DNA of 64,000 nucleotides, taken from contig NC_068993.1 in NCBI RefSeq assembly GCF_001194135.2, positions 64,107,144 through 64,171,143 on the forward strand, written 5' to 3'. Positions 1 to 13,030 of this stretch are shown here, one piece after another; the stretch's first letter is position 1, and every line of letters begins with the position of its first letter. The notes below the pieces were generated by a model. It made no database searches and had not been told where the DNA came from. It was given only the letters and a program-made list of their open reading frames with translations. The DNA is from Octopus bimaculoides (Eukaryota). The position numbers and the translations under genes are program-made.

Positions 1-3000
1 TCTACCTACCTACCCACTTATCTACATACATATTTATCTACCTACATATTTATCAATATATCTGTTCGTCTATATACCCGTATTTCTTTATTTCTTTACT
101 TTATTTATCTATTTATTTATCTATTGCAGCAGAAGCTTAAAAAGCAATTTTTGCACTCGATATGTATTATTTATTCAATATATTTACTTAACTTCCCCCT
201 CTTCGTCATATTAAAATCTTCATAAATCTGGAACCTAGAAGATTAAGTAAGATTAACGCATTGCTAATTGGATCACAGTTAACCGACTTGGAAGGTTACC
301 TGTCTTCTGGCTGGTGGACAAACGGCTAACATTGTATAAAATACAGTGAGTAATTTGGGTATGAAAAAAAAATGTGTTTTAAATAGATGGATATCCTGAA
401 TATGAAGTCGGTGATGTATTAATTACTATTTATTTTAAGGAGTGAATAATAAGGTCAACATACACTGAAAAAGTGGGTGGATTGGACGAGGTTTGATTGG
501 GCGTTGTTCAGAGATGTTTGTAGTTGTGCTTGAAGAAACAGGATTTATATCTCAAATCTCGTTACGGACAGAATATTTAAGTTAACAGGATATTACATAT
601 CACCGGAGAAAATGCTGGGTGCTATCCATTGTCTCAGTACATTTTAAGGATAAATATCATCGTATTTAAATTTTTAACTAGGAATTCGTTGCAGATCATT
701 TGTAATTTTAATTTATTTATTTTTCTCGCTCTTACCGTCTCTCTTTCTCCTACTTTTCCCCTCTTTCTTCTCGAAGAAGAACAAAATGTAACGAAGGCAA
801 TGTAATCAAATAAGATTAAGAGAAGAATCCAAATATCGATATCGAAACACGATAAGTGATTGGACAGAGATATATTAGCAACAAAAAATTATCGTTATCT
901 CTTACTCAAGTAGAAAGGTTTTATGGAAACTTCTTGCAGATTTGTAGTCTGATTAAAAGAAAAGGCACCAAAGAAATTGGCCTGCGACAATATTAAACTA
1001 TTTTTATATTCAGATTTCGCTCGAGCAATGCATATTACTCAATGGTAAATTGTAATAGTCGAGTATAAGTAGGTATAAATATAGAATCTGTTGCAGATAA
1101 TTAATTTCGGTTAATATAAAGCTTGTATTCCTAAATATATATTCAATACAGTTGTTCGATATATTATCCCTAATTCAGTTCTGGTGAAATTCTCTAATCA
1201 AACATATGACCTACAGATACTCCAGTCGTGACCAAGTCATTTTCTCTTATTTCACAGGCATTGTATCTACGGTCACATTTTGATAAGGTATTGTTTGAGG
1301 GATATTTGGTTGCTATTTCTAACAGCCTGTCACCACATAAAGCCTTCCGCATTAGTTAGTCAACAATATATCAGTTCGGGTATAAAACAGATTCTCATAT
1401 TTCAAAAAACACAAAGAAGCTTAACATTGTTTAATATAAATAATTTCTTAGAAGAATATATTGTTTTTATATTTACACACGATAGTATTAGAGATAGGTT
1501 ATTGTTTTTTTTTCAATTTGTATTTTCTATATCATATATGTACGCTAAAATATATTGCTACGTAAATATGTACAGATTATGATATATAAATTTTTGTCGG
1601 AATGATATTATTTCTAAATTTCCATTATTAACAGTTGTTAGGAAGATTTTGCTAACTGAAAAGTTACGAAGAGGAGAAGAAGAAAGCATTCATGTTCTGC
1701 ATATGACATCCATTAATTTAGAATCGTTTGTCATTCTGGTAATTGTTTCAAAGAAATAACGCTTGCAGTCATATATCAAATTAACATAAGAATAAGAATG
1801 ATAAATATCAACTGGTTTGGGAAATGTTGGACATTGGTAAGACTCGATAAGCATGAGAGAAAGTGAATATGTTAACCGTGTATTTATGGAAATGGTAGAC
1901 AATATCGAACTGGTCGTTTCCTGTAACGAAACGTTAATGATAGCTAGAATGGAATGATTTCAAATTCTTGTGTTCCTACGGTAACTAGTTTTCAAATTCG
2001 AAGCTAATTGTATTGTTTCTTTTCGTGGGAATATATAAAAGTGCTTGACAGGAGGATCACAATGTGATGCGTACGTGAGACAAATATCTTATAAATCTTT
2101 TACTCATTTGGGCGTTGCATATTTAAAGAAAATAGATTAATTGCTTTAATCGGAAAAGGGTAAACTTTCTAAAGAAAGATGAAAATATAAATGATGATTA
2201 GTGGAATAGAGACGGTGTTTCAGTAACATCTATTTTGTTAAAATCGGAAGGATGAAAATATAAATTTTGTAGTGAGTGTCAGACCAGAAATAAACAGACA
2301 AATGTTTATCAAAAGATATATTCAATCAATTATCAGAAAACTGGCTGTGACCAGAGTTGATCTCCGTCAAATCAACCAAAACAGCAAAATAATTCTACTG
2401 TTACATCTTGTCCACAGGACATTGGTATTTGGTTGCTAGATACAGCAGCCACGGCCCAATAAATTACAACTTGCTGGCTTAATAGGCGAATAACATAATA
2501 TATAATGCAGTCCTGTTTACATAAACATACTGGATGATTTAGAACGTTCTTGGTCACAAATCTACTCAATTGCCATATCAATGAAAAATCATACGCTATT
2601 TAATTACATTGTACTAAAACAGGTTTTACAACAGGTCTGACCAAATAATTTTCATCTACGTTTGCTGCTGTGGCTCTCCTTGTTTTAATTTTGCTCTATT
2701 ACAAAGGTTCCACTTGACCGAAGCCTAACCTCTTTTTTACACTGTACCAATAAGAGAAAACCCTCCCGCCCTCTAACGATACACCAGTTAATTGCGGGGG
2801 ATGTCTATCCGGCGTGGCTAATTTGATTTTCTCTTTCATTTTAGTTCGTACGTCTTGAGTACCACATTACAGCCACTGTTGCAAAACCCTGTATATTACA
2901 GCATCCATAGTATCTTCTCCATGAGAGGTGGGCAAACCATTAACAGAGTAATTTTGTGGTCACTCCACCATATCGAATTGACAGTAACACCTCTCTCCAA

Positions 3001-4998
3001 TCTCACACAAAGCTTTTAAGCACAGCATAAGAGCTATATAAAGAGATATGCTCTGAAATATAGTGTCTGAAAGGGTGAGATGAACACGGATTCCCTTAGC
3101 AAGTGTGATCTAGAAGTAAGAATAGAAACGTCTTGCTATTTGGATTCACCATGGAGATATAAGTGCTGTAACCACGAAATAGATAAGAACCAACGATTTT
3201 ATACAGATGACTCATCGATCGTTTCAAACCATGGTTCTCATAATACATAATGTGCTTCTGAGTGTTGTGTTAGGCGAAGTTGAGAAGAGGGGTTTGTTAT
3301 TTTTGGAATGACCTTGATCGTAGCTTTGCTGAGTCAGGCATGACTCGCAGTTGAACAACAACAACATCAGTATCAATTATTTAAATAAAGAGTCAAGAAG
3401 TTAAGAGCACTTTACTTATCTTGAATCACATTATTGAAAATAGCATCGCTAGCTACAAGCTTGCAACATGTCAAGCTCTGGTCTTCAGTATTTCCAACGG
3501 CGAAAGATACCGAGGTCACACACGGACAAAGAAGACGGACTTCTGGTCAGTCTCTGTACGCCAAAGTTTATTTGCAAAGTATTAGACAGTAACGTATTAG
3601 TGAAGCACTGATGGAGGGAACCATGAACCATGTTGCCGAGAAGCGAATCTCCTCTCCATGCATCCATATCCGTTGCTTATATCATTGTTCCGGAATCATC
3701 ATCTAAAATGTTTATTGCTATTTTTTTGGCTTCTTTTTTGTTGAATCGAGGACAGTAAAAATCATTTCATGTAATGTGCAGGAGTAAGTTAAGTCAGCAA
3801 AACATTCAAAAAGCTATCCTTATATGAGAGACTGACTTCTGTAACACAACGTTAGTGATCAATGGAAAAGCTAAAAGTGTAGTAACTACGGAGAAGATAC
3901 AAGCACTACTCGTATAGTCCAAGATACTCTTAACAAGCCAGGATGCTAACGGTTGAAGTGCCGTTTGATGCTTGACCCTCCATTTGCTTAGAGTTAACAT
4001 AGGGACATATGTCTACAATGTGAAATAACGTGTTCGTTGAATATTAGTACTAATTTTAAATGTCGCTAGTTTTACTGGAAACAGTCATCTGATCTCATTT
4101 ATAATAAGCCAAAGTCTATGACAGCTGTAACAGTGGTATAATAATACTGTAATATAACGGTACGAGATGAATAAAATGAGTCAAGAGAATGGAAACAGAT
4201 TAAGATTTCCGGTATGTACAATGTAATATTAATATTGCATGATAAAACATCAAATTAATTGTCCTGAAAACACATTAAATTTTAAGAACGAGAAATTGAT
4301 ATAAAATCGTATAATTGTAAAAGAAAAACAAAACATTGAAATAAATTAATATAGAAATGAAAAGCAGCATTTAATAGCAATAGGGAAAATATGAATAACA
4401 ATTAAATATCTTCAACTTGAATAAATGTGAAACTTGAATACGGACACATCCTAATAAAACATCTTTCATTAATCTTTACTTAATTATTGCTCTTATATAT
4501 GTAGTCTCTTGTACTAATTGCATTTTCCTTCCAGGTTAATATAAAAATATCAAGATTAATTAGAAACATGATGGGTTTGGGGTGGATTTGTTAAATTGGA
4601 GAAAATCTAATTAAACAATAAACGCGTATTTATATATTTAATAATATATTTGGTAGCTACTGTCTCCTTTTTAGGTTTCAAGAGAAGTACATCACATAAG
4701 AGGATGAAAATAAAACAACAAGAACCGTATAAAGACAATGCGTCATCTACTATGTTCTGTCTATAGTCATGTCCATAAGTTGAATTATGAGCACAATGAT
4801 ATCCAATGATATCACAAACACACACACACACACACATACGCACACGCAAACAACGTATGTATAAGTCAACCGAGTCTGATGAGAATGAACCACAGCCTTT
4901 TGTATGACTCAAGTATGGATTAACTGAATCCTTCTATATTTGTGGCTGTTGGTGTTAGAACCATAGCTTATATATGTCTGTAGTTTGGGAGTTTGCTA

Positions 4999-5178
4999 GG
5001 CACGTAAAAACACCTTTTTGAGCGTGGCCGTTGCCAGTACCGTGTGACTGGCCCTCGTGCCGATGGCATGTAGAAGCACCCACTATACTCTCGGAGTGGT
5101 TGGCGTTAGGAAGGGCATCCAGCTGTAGAAACTCTGCCTAATCAGATTGGAGCCTCGTGCAGCCTTCTGGCTTGCCAG
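4999..5178 (+). mobile_element. SINE-type interspersed repeat fragment
   Basis: GC-rich island GGCACGTAAAAACACC...GAGTGGTTGGCGTTAGGAAGGGCATCCAGCTGTAGAAACTCTGCC...CTGGCTTGCCAG with an internal imperfect duplication (4999-5014 vs 5065-5080); recalled as an abundant octopus repeat. Confidence 0.7.
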
Positions 5179-6564
5179 AATGAATTTGTAAGACATGTCA
5201 TTCATCGTATTTTATTTAATGCTGCTTCTCCGACGCTGTGAGATCGAATCACACTCAGGTTAAAATAAATGCCTCATGTAAATTGATCTGGGCACTTCTA
5301 TATTTGATGAAAGCATGAACTTACATCGTGAGATTTCTTTGCAAGGCGCAAACCTGAGGAAACGCTTCTTTCTAATGATGCTTCCTATTCTTCATGTCAC
5401 TGTTATTGGCCAATGAAGAGACAGAATCAAGTTCAGCTTAACACCAGTATTCCTGAAGTGCCTGATGAGGACGCAACGAGCCACAATAGATATCACAAGA
5501 CATCGAGACTTATACAATAACACTTCTGCCAATCAAGACACCTTATTTATTAATTCTGAATGGATGAAAGTCACAGATGATCTCATTGGGATTTGAAATC
5601 AGAGCGCAGAGAATCGGAATAAATACTGCAAAACATTGAATTAGGCGAAACATTCCTCTTCGCATTTTCGAGAACTCCTCTTGCTTCTGACTATTTACCA
5701 CACTAAATTAAGAAAACAAGAAAATAATTTAATCGTTAAATATATCTTAAAAATCCTCAAATGTACAGAAAATGACAAATAATTTCTTGGTTAGTTTTTA
5801 TTTATTTATTCAATTATTTTTTATTGATCCCATTCAAAAGAATGCAAAACAAAATGTTTGTTTATTGAACTAAAAAGGTTAATCAGTTAATATGTTACAA
5901 ACACATTTCACCAGAGATATATCTAGTTCTTCAGAAATACTTCTTGAAGACGTTCGCATGCAGCCAATGATAATGAAATCAGAATTAGGTTACAATGCAG
6001 AATATTACATTTGTAGTCGCGAATAGCTTCCCATTTTGATTTAATAAGGAAGTTGATATTGGTGATAATTTCATTCTGTACTAACGTCTTTAGAGACAAT
6101 TTCTTGGCGAGAGTTCAATTAAGAAGAAATTCTATTTGCCACCCTTGTTTCCCCAGATGTTTATTGATTTTTGGCGTAAGAAAAAGACTAACTTTGCATA
6201 AGAGACACTTCTTGAACAAATCGACCTTACATGTGTTTTACTGGTTTCAAGTTAGTGGACTATGACCAGGCTCTATTTCTGCTCTATTTCTGGTATTCAT
6301 ATCAATCTAAGGATAGGAAGAGGATGGAAAACAAATTAGTTCCCGGATGAACTTTAAATACATTACAAATAGAATTTATTAATTCGCTTTGAATATTATA
6401 AATATCTATTTTTTATTTTGTATTCAAAATTGTTGAGTATCTCCACGTCAGTCATAATGGAATGCATCGATGTTTAAAGGTGTCTCATCCCTTTCCATTT
6501 AATCATATTGTTAATAACTGGGGATTAGATAAACGTAGTTTATTGTCGCCTACATTATCCAATG

Positions 6565-6760
6565 TGTCTACGTGATATAAGATGATGCAAGAAGTTTGAA
6601 GCAGGTGAAGGAACTAAGCTGATTCTCCGTCGTTAACACCCGAAAAGACAATCAGGTGGCACACATGATTTCACCGAGGACAATTAGATTTAACTGTTAT
6701 ATAAAGTATCCATCAACAGTAATAGGGACAGTAAACGTCATTGTTTTAAGCAACATGTGA
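6565..6760 (+). mobile_element. Possible mariner transposase N-terminal HTH remnant
   Basis: Frameshifted pieces Y K * C K K F E A G, TPE, QVAHMI and VIGTVNVIV resemble VYRWCKKF..G...TPE...V...I...IS.GTV..I of mariner HTH domains; heavily decayed. Confidence 0.4.
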
Positions 6761-9700
6761 ATTTGTGACACTATTACTAAAAGGTTAAACTTATTGTAAA
6801 AGGGTTAAACGAAACGGTTCTAACTTCAAATAATAATAAGAATCGCAACCTCAGTGAATTTACACCTGATAACGTGACACATTTAGAAGCTTTTAAGAAT
6901 TTTGTTCAAGTGTTTTATCATCACCCAACTGTTATTGAATCAACCAACGATAATTTCTAAATTAAACCGCAGTGGTAGCAAATCTATTCAGAAATTAACA
7001 TCAGATAATTCAGCGATAAACTGTTCCTGGTGTGTTTATCAACTCTTCCAAAGTTGATTCTGCAATCATAAAAGCTCGAGTTCCAGTGATCAATTCAGAT
7101 GATAAACTGGTAAAGAGCATCACCGTAAAAGTGTTGCTATGTTACTGAAGAGATTTCTTCCTTTTACTAGAAACAAATTCTGTTACTTTCTTTCTAGATT
7201 CCTCTGACTTGACTGAAGCCTGCTGGCTCAACGCTTCATGAATTTAACCAGTCACATCACTTTTAGAATTTATTTTAAAAGTTTCGTTCATATTTAATCG
7301 ACCTTCACTTTTCAAAATATACTTAAGTAAACGGATTTTAAGTGTTGTAAACGTAAATACATACATTTGTATGTAAATACATATATACACGTCATATTGC
7401 ACACACAGAATATACCTATAAGATACGATCATAGATTTTGTCTGCCACGAAGTGAATTAAAAAACAAAATACGTATTCCTTAACCGTTATGGCAAACGCC
7501 AATTAGAACAGATTATTTAACTAACATGTCTATATTAACAATGAATTTCTTGTCGATAGCAATTCTGGTAAAGAACTTCATTATACAGACGGTATAGCCA
7601 AATATCATGTCTAATTTACTTTCTATCTAGTCTAAAAACTAATATATGTGATCTAAGTATAAACTAAATAACGACATTACCAACGTTCATTGCCAAATAA
7701 ATTTAATGCTTTGACTTCGAACGATACACCGAAGATAAAGTTAGATTTATAATAGTCACAAGGAAACTGAAGTCTGTTTCCAGAAAAAAGAATTCAAAGA
7801 AAAGAAAAGTCACCCTAATGTTTCTAAAAACATCGTAAATCAAGGTTATAGGCAATAATATTTAAACACTTACTTTATCCCATTCACTGACAACTATTTC
7901 TTTAGACAGTTAAACAGCTGCTTATACCATTTCTCTGGCTGTATTTCCATGAATCTGTGGGACTGTGATAGCAGAACTCCATCCCAGGGCTGGTTGAGGA
8001 TCTCACTAACTCACAACCTTCATTCCACTATCTAAAGAAAAAGTAATAAACACGTTCATCCAGGTTGAGACAGATCACTCCAATACAGTGGCTACCCAGC
8101 AAACGTGGAAGGCATTAAGTATACCTTACCTGCACAGCCGGTCAAATATCGCCATAAAACGTAAAATAACTTTGTCTTGCACTTTCTGGCCACTTAGAAA
8201 CCGAGGGAAAGGTAGAGACATTATTGAAACTTATGCAATATATATCGTTTGGTTATCAAACCTAAATTTGAAGGTATGAGAGACAGAGCCATTGTGTTTC
8301 TCTAGAAAGGAGGCACTTCATCTCCACCCCGAATATCATTTATTTGTGGACATAGTAGATGGTATTCAGTTAAGTGTATGTTTTACAACCGAATAGAATA
8401 TCACTCAAAGAAGCATGGCGTTCGTGGAACAATGAAAATTAGCTGATACTTATAATAACTCCATTGCTAACTTTTACAGTTAATTATTATTGGAAAGTAT
8501 AATATAAGCGTGGATGGAAATATTTTGCAATAATGCATAGCACAATAAATGTAAAATCTTCAATGAATAATTTATGTCAAGATAGTTTCTTGGCTGTAAA
8601 CTACATATGCATTGCATGTATAACCTTTCCGACGCTAAATTAAGACTTAAAACATTTTATATATGACTCATGTATGGGCTATATAAATGTCATTTGATTT
8701 GATCCTCTAAGGGAATTTCACGAAAGCTTGGGAACCATACGTATGTAAAGCATACATGAAGGGGTCATTCGACCTATTGGGTGAAACACTTGACACATCA
8801 CCTAGTTTTCAGTGATCTTGTAATATTTTTAGCAAGGTACTTTGGTTGTCTGCTAACGCAGCTTTTCATATAGAAATTGACTTGCAGTTGCTCAAGAATG
8901 ACATTAATCATGGAGGCCACATCAATCTAAGCGCTTGAAGTTCCAGAAACAATCTTCAGATGCATTCAAGTAAAACAAATAAAATATCCTTCTTTTTGAA
9001 CATTAAACACAATTTTCAATGACTGACAAGTAAAAAAAAAACAAGCAAACAAAAAGAGAAAACAAATTTGATACAATGTCTCTCATGAATTCACATCTCG
9101 TGTTGGTAACTTTCGGGACAACATGCGTTCAAATGTCATGTTATGTGCGATAATATGCACAAAAATATCCACAAAATTTTTTCCAACTCCGTGATTTACT
9201 GTTTTAAAGTTACAGAGATATATTAACAAACCTGCCTCGCTATCTCATGCATATATTTATATCTGACAGGAAAGATAGACGCTTGAAAAATAAAGCCAAG
9301 TTTCTCACATATTACTTTCTCTGCACCGACCTTTCTGTGGTTTGTAAAAATTTTCCGTTTTCTAACTTTTCTACTTTGAATTAAGAAATATATCTTGCTG
9401 GATAAATATTTTCTTCATCCCCTACTCACAAAAAGCAACGAGAGTTTTTGTCCTCTGACAGTATTTCCTCCCTTTTCAGCTTCCGGTTCCGTTTTGCATC
9501 ATATACATTCTTACTCTTCTTCCGATTCTGATTCCGTTTTCATTCACTCTTTCATAATCTTCTAAGGACGGACAATTTGTAACGAAGAGGATTGTAGACA
9601 ATATCCTACATTCTATTGAATCTACAACTTCATATCTTGATCAAGGATAGCAATTTATTCGAGTTACTGAATTTAAAAGTAGGGAAGAAATATGAAAGTA

Positions 9701-9933
9701 AGAGTTTCACGAATACACTTCTTTTGTTTACCACGTTCTTTCCGATTTTGCAATTTCTTTCAATGCTTCTTCACGTTTTTGTATTTTCCCACTAAGAATA
9801 TCCGAGGTATCGCTGTCGATAATAGTTCTGGCAATTATTGTTGCAGTAGTCATGAAACGTTTGTGAGGCGGTTTCAGCCGGTGAGTATGATGTATACATA
9901 TATATGTGTGTGTGTGTGCATAAATATATGTAC

Positions 9934-9936
<3 letters not shown>

Positions 9937-10016
<80 letters not shown>
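9937..10016. repeat. (TA)n microsatellite, representative of many dinucleotide arrays
   Basis: Other long arrays: (GA)n 34725-34813, (TG)n 53014-53098, (TA)n 57535-57612, (CA)n/(TA)n/(TG)n 43303-43450, (CA)n 25118-25177. Confidence 0.95.
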
Positions 10017-10017
<1 letters not shown>

Positions 10018-10342
10018 GCGTGCACATGTATATACATACGCGCACACACACATATGCATATGCTGAGAACATATAAACGCACACCATATTTTTCTTCGTT
10101 TTAAACATTTAGTTAGATATCGATGTCCGATGATCACATGAATGTCACACACGTATGGAAATAGAAATGTATTTAATTTATATATCAGTATTTTTGTTTG
10201 CATGTATGTGCAAGTAGATATGAATGTGTATATATTCATACTCATGTATGTATATCTGTTGATATATGTGTAAGTACGTGTATATACATGTGTGTATAAA
10301 TCTTTGCATGTACGTATATTCATAAATGTATATAGATGCATG

Positions 10343-10374
<32 letters not shown>

Positions 10375-10618
10375 TGCTTAAAAGAGTTCCAACACTGTCT
10401 GTTTTTTATGTTTTATTTATATTCCTGCAGAACTAATGTGGGGTATAGAATATGGAATATACAATATATAATATAATATACAATATATAATATAAAATAA
10501 AATAAAAATGGATGGCACCATGAAATAAAGTATTGAATGTAGATGAAATATTGAGTGTTCAATATAAAGGATCAAATATATAAATATATAAATATAAATA
10601 TAAATATATATATATAAA

Positions 10619-10658
10619 GGCGACTCGAGTTTCAGGGCTATTTCCCTTCGTCATGGCC
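10619..10658 (-). ncRNA. Minimal type-I hammerhead ribozyme-like motif (one core deviation)
   Basis: GGCC-ATGACGA-AGGG-AAATAG-CCCT-GAAA-CTCGAG-TC/GCC: perfect stem II, palindromic stem III (ACTCGAGT), GUC site, short stem I; C3 position reads A. Confidence 0.6.
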
Positions 10659-10973
10659 GGTATGAATATATATATAAATACATAATGTTTGAAACATGTG
10701 TAGGAATTCAAGGAACTTATTCATTATATGCGTTTTGCTCCATTTATTATTATATTTATATCAACTCAAAATACATCACTTTAACATGGTATTTCTACCC
10801 CTTAACCGGGTATAATATCCCAGTTTTTGTGTGGTTTTTGCTACCCTGGTAACTATTAACATATTTGCATTATCGAAGTTTTTCATCCAAGATAATACTA
10901 ATATATATACTCACATATATATATCGTTGGTTATTTTCTTCCTCTGTCTTCCTTTCTATTGGACTTTCCTCTA

Positions 10974-11005
10974 TTTCCGAAGAAGAGCGTTGCTCGAAAC
11001 GTTAG
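10974..11005 (+). ncRNA. Minimal hammerhead-like motif (U4C core, extra A after A9)
   Basis: TTT-CCGAAGA-A-GAGC-GTT-GCTC-GAAA-CGTT-AGA: stem II GAGC/GCTC and palindromic ACGT stem III. Confidence 0.5.
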
Positions 11006-12924
11006 ACCATCTTTCTTTCCTTCCCAGAGCGTCTGCTAATATTTTACATGTACCATGTCCACGCGTTGTTGTATTTTTTTTTGTGTTTGTTCTTAATTTT
11101 GGGATTTACTAAATAAATATATACCTATATAGAAATATCTATGTACATATAAATATGCNNNNNNNNNNNNNNNNNNNNNNNNNNNNNNNNNNNNNNNNNN
11201 NNNNNNNNNNNNNNNNNNNNNNNNNNNNNNNNNNNNNNNNNNNNNNNNNNNNNNNNNNNNNNNNNNNNNNNNNNNNNNNNNNNNNNNNNNNNNNNNNNNN
11301 NNNNNNNNNNNNNNNNNNNNNNNNNNNNNNNNNNNNNNNNATATATATATATATATACACATGCACTCGTGCGTGCGTGTGATGTCTGTAAACATATGCT
11401 TTCTATGTTTATAGTCAAACGCGAAAATGTACTGTTTGGACTTAAACTGTAAGTTAACTCTATGTTCGATGTTACTTGGCGGAGAGCTGATAAGAAGACA
11501 ACGACGATATTGTATTTAGTCGGGATATTTAAAAGAAGATTTAAATTAGGTAAATTAATTGCAAGGCAAAAGGTTAATTAACGAAGCTATTAAAATAACT
11601 GTTAATTAAAACATAACTTGTAGAGAATATAAGATGTAACGGCAGCATTATTAAATGTACGTTTAATTATAAGTAATGCACGAGTGAAACACCTACACAC
11701 AGACAGTCAAGCACAGCAGACAGAAATACACAAAAACGCAAAAACAAAAAGCACACTCAAACACACACACATACATACATGCATATACATGTAACAGAAT
11801 GACTCAGCTCCACATTGCTTAACGTTTCATATTATCAAAATACTTGAAACTAAATACGCTAAATAGAACCTTCTTTTGTTCGTGCACACACTTGTATGTA
11901 TGTGTGTGTGTGTGTGGGTATTCACGCATATATGTATATATATATATATATATATATNNNNNNNNNNNNNNNNNNNNNNNNNNNNNNNNNNNNNNNNNNN
12001 NNNNNNNNNNNNNNNNNNNNNNNNNNNNNNNNNNNNNNNNNNNNNNNNNNNNNNNNNNNNNNNNNNNNNNNNNNNNNNNNNNNNNNNNNNNNNNNNNNNN
12101 NNNNNNNNNNNNNNNNNNNNNNNNNNNNNNNNNNNNNNNNNNNNNNNNNNNNNNNNNNNNNNNNNNNNNNNNNNNNNNNNNNNNNNNNNNNNNNNNNNNN
12201 NNNNNNNNNNNNNNNNNNNNNNNNNNNNNNNNNNNNNNNNNNNNNNNNNNNNNNNNNNNNNNNNNNNNNNNNNNNNNNNNNNNNNNNNNNNNNNNNNNNN
12301 NNNNNNNNNNNNNNNNNNNNNNNNNNNNNNNNNNNNNNNNNNNNNNNNNNNNNNNNNNNNNNNNNNNNNNNNNNNNNNNNNNNNNNNNNNNNNNNNNNNN
12401 NNNNNNNNNNNNNNNNNNNNNNNNNNNNNNNNNNNNNNNNNNNNNNNNNNNNNNNNNNNNNNNNNNNNNNNNNNNNNNNNNNNNNNNNNNNNNNNNNNNN
12501 NNNNNNNNNNNNNNNNNNNNNNNNNNNNNNNNNNNNNNNNNNNNNNNNNNNNNNNNNNNNNNNNNNNNNNNNNNNNNNNNNNNNNNNNNNNNNNNNNNNN
12601 NNNNNNNNNNNNNNNNNNNNNNNNNNNNNNNNNNNNNNNNNNNNNNNNNNNNNNNNNNNNNNNNNNNNNNNNNNNNNNNNNNNNNNNNNNNNNNNNNNNN
12701 NNNNNNNNNNNNNNNNNNNNNNNNNNNNNNNNNNNNNNNNNNNNNNNNNNNNNNNNNNNNNNNNNNNNNNNNNNNNNNNNNNNNNNNNNNNTATATATAT
12801 ATATATATATATATGTAGTATGAATAATACAGAATGGGACAAGGATGCAAAACATAGAGATAGACGATACAAGGAAACAAGGACAGGTCGTTCGGTTCGG
12901 CAAAATTGCCCGATATAATACGTA

Positions 12925-13030
12925 CTAAGTTTTAAAAAAATAAGTCTGGAGGTGAATTTGTTTGACTAAAAACCTTCAAGGCGGTGCCCCAGCATGGCCG
13001 CAGTCAAATGACTGAAGCAAATAAAAAATA
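12925..13030 (+). mobile_element. SINE 3' tail fragment
   Basis: CCTTCAAGGCGGTGCCCCAGCATGGCCGCAGTCAAATGACTGAAGCAAATAAAA is a recalled octopus SINE 3' end with an A-rich tail. Confidence 0.7.

Larger units (their letters stand above)
10619..11110. mobile_element. Penelope-like element terminal (pLTR-type) remnants with two oppositely oriented hammerhead-like motifs
   Basis: Minus motif at 10619-10658 and plus motif at 10974-11005, the latter preceded by a pyrimidine-rich tract and followed by a T-rich tail. No RT or GIY-YIG coding seen, so the PLE assignment is inferred from the motifs. Confidence 0.5.

Noticed and set aside
3040-3070. AGAG-ATATG-CTCT-GAAA hammerhead-like stem, and a similar one at 7145-7175
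   Set aside because: The CUGANGA half is missing in the first and stem II is unpaired in the second; too degenerate.
7950-8260. Possible DIRS RNase H remnant (IQVETDHSNTVA...RKITLSC)
   Set aside because: Only vague motif similarity; the TDAS, HIN.LE and N..AD.LSR motifs are absent.
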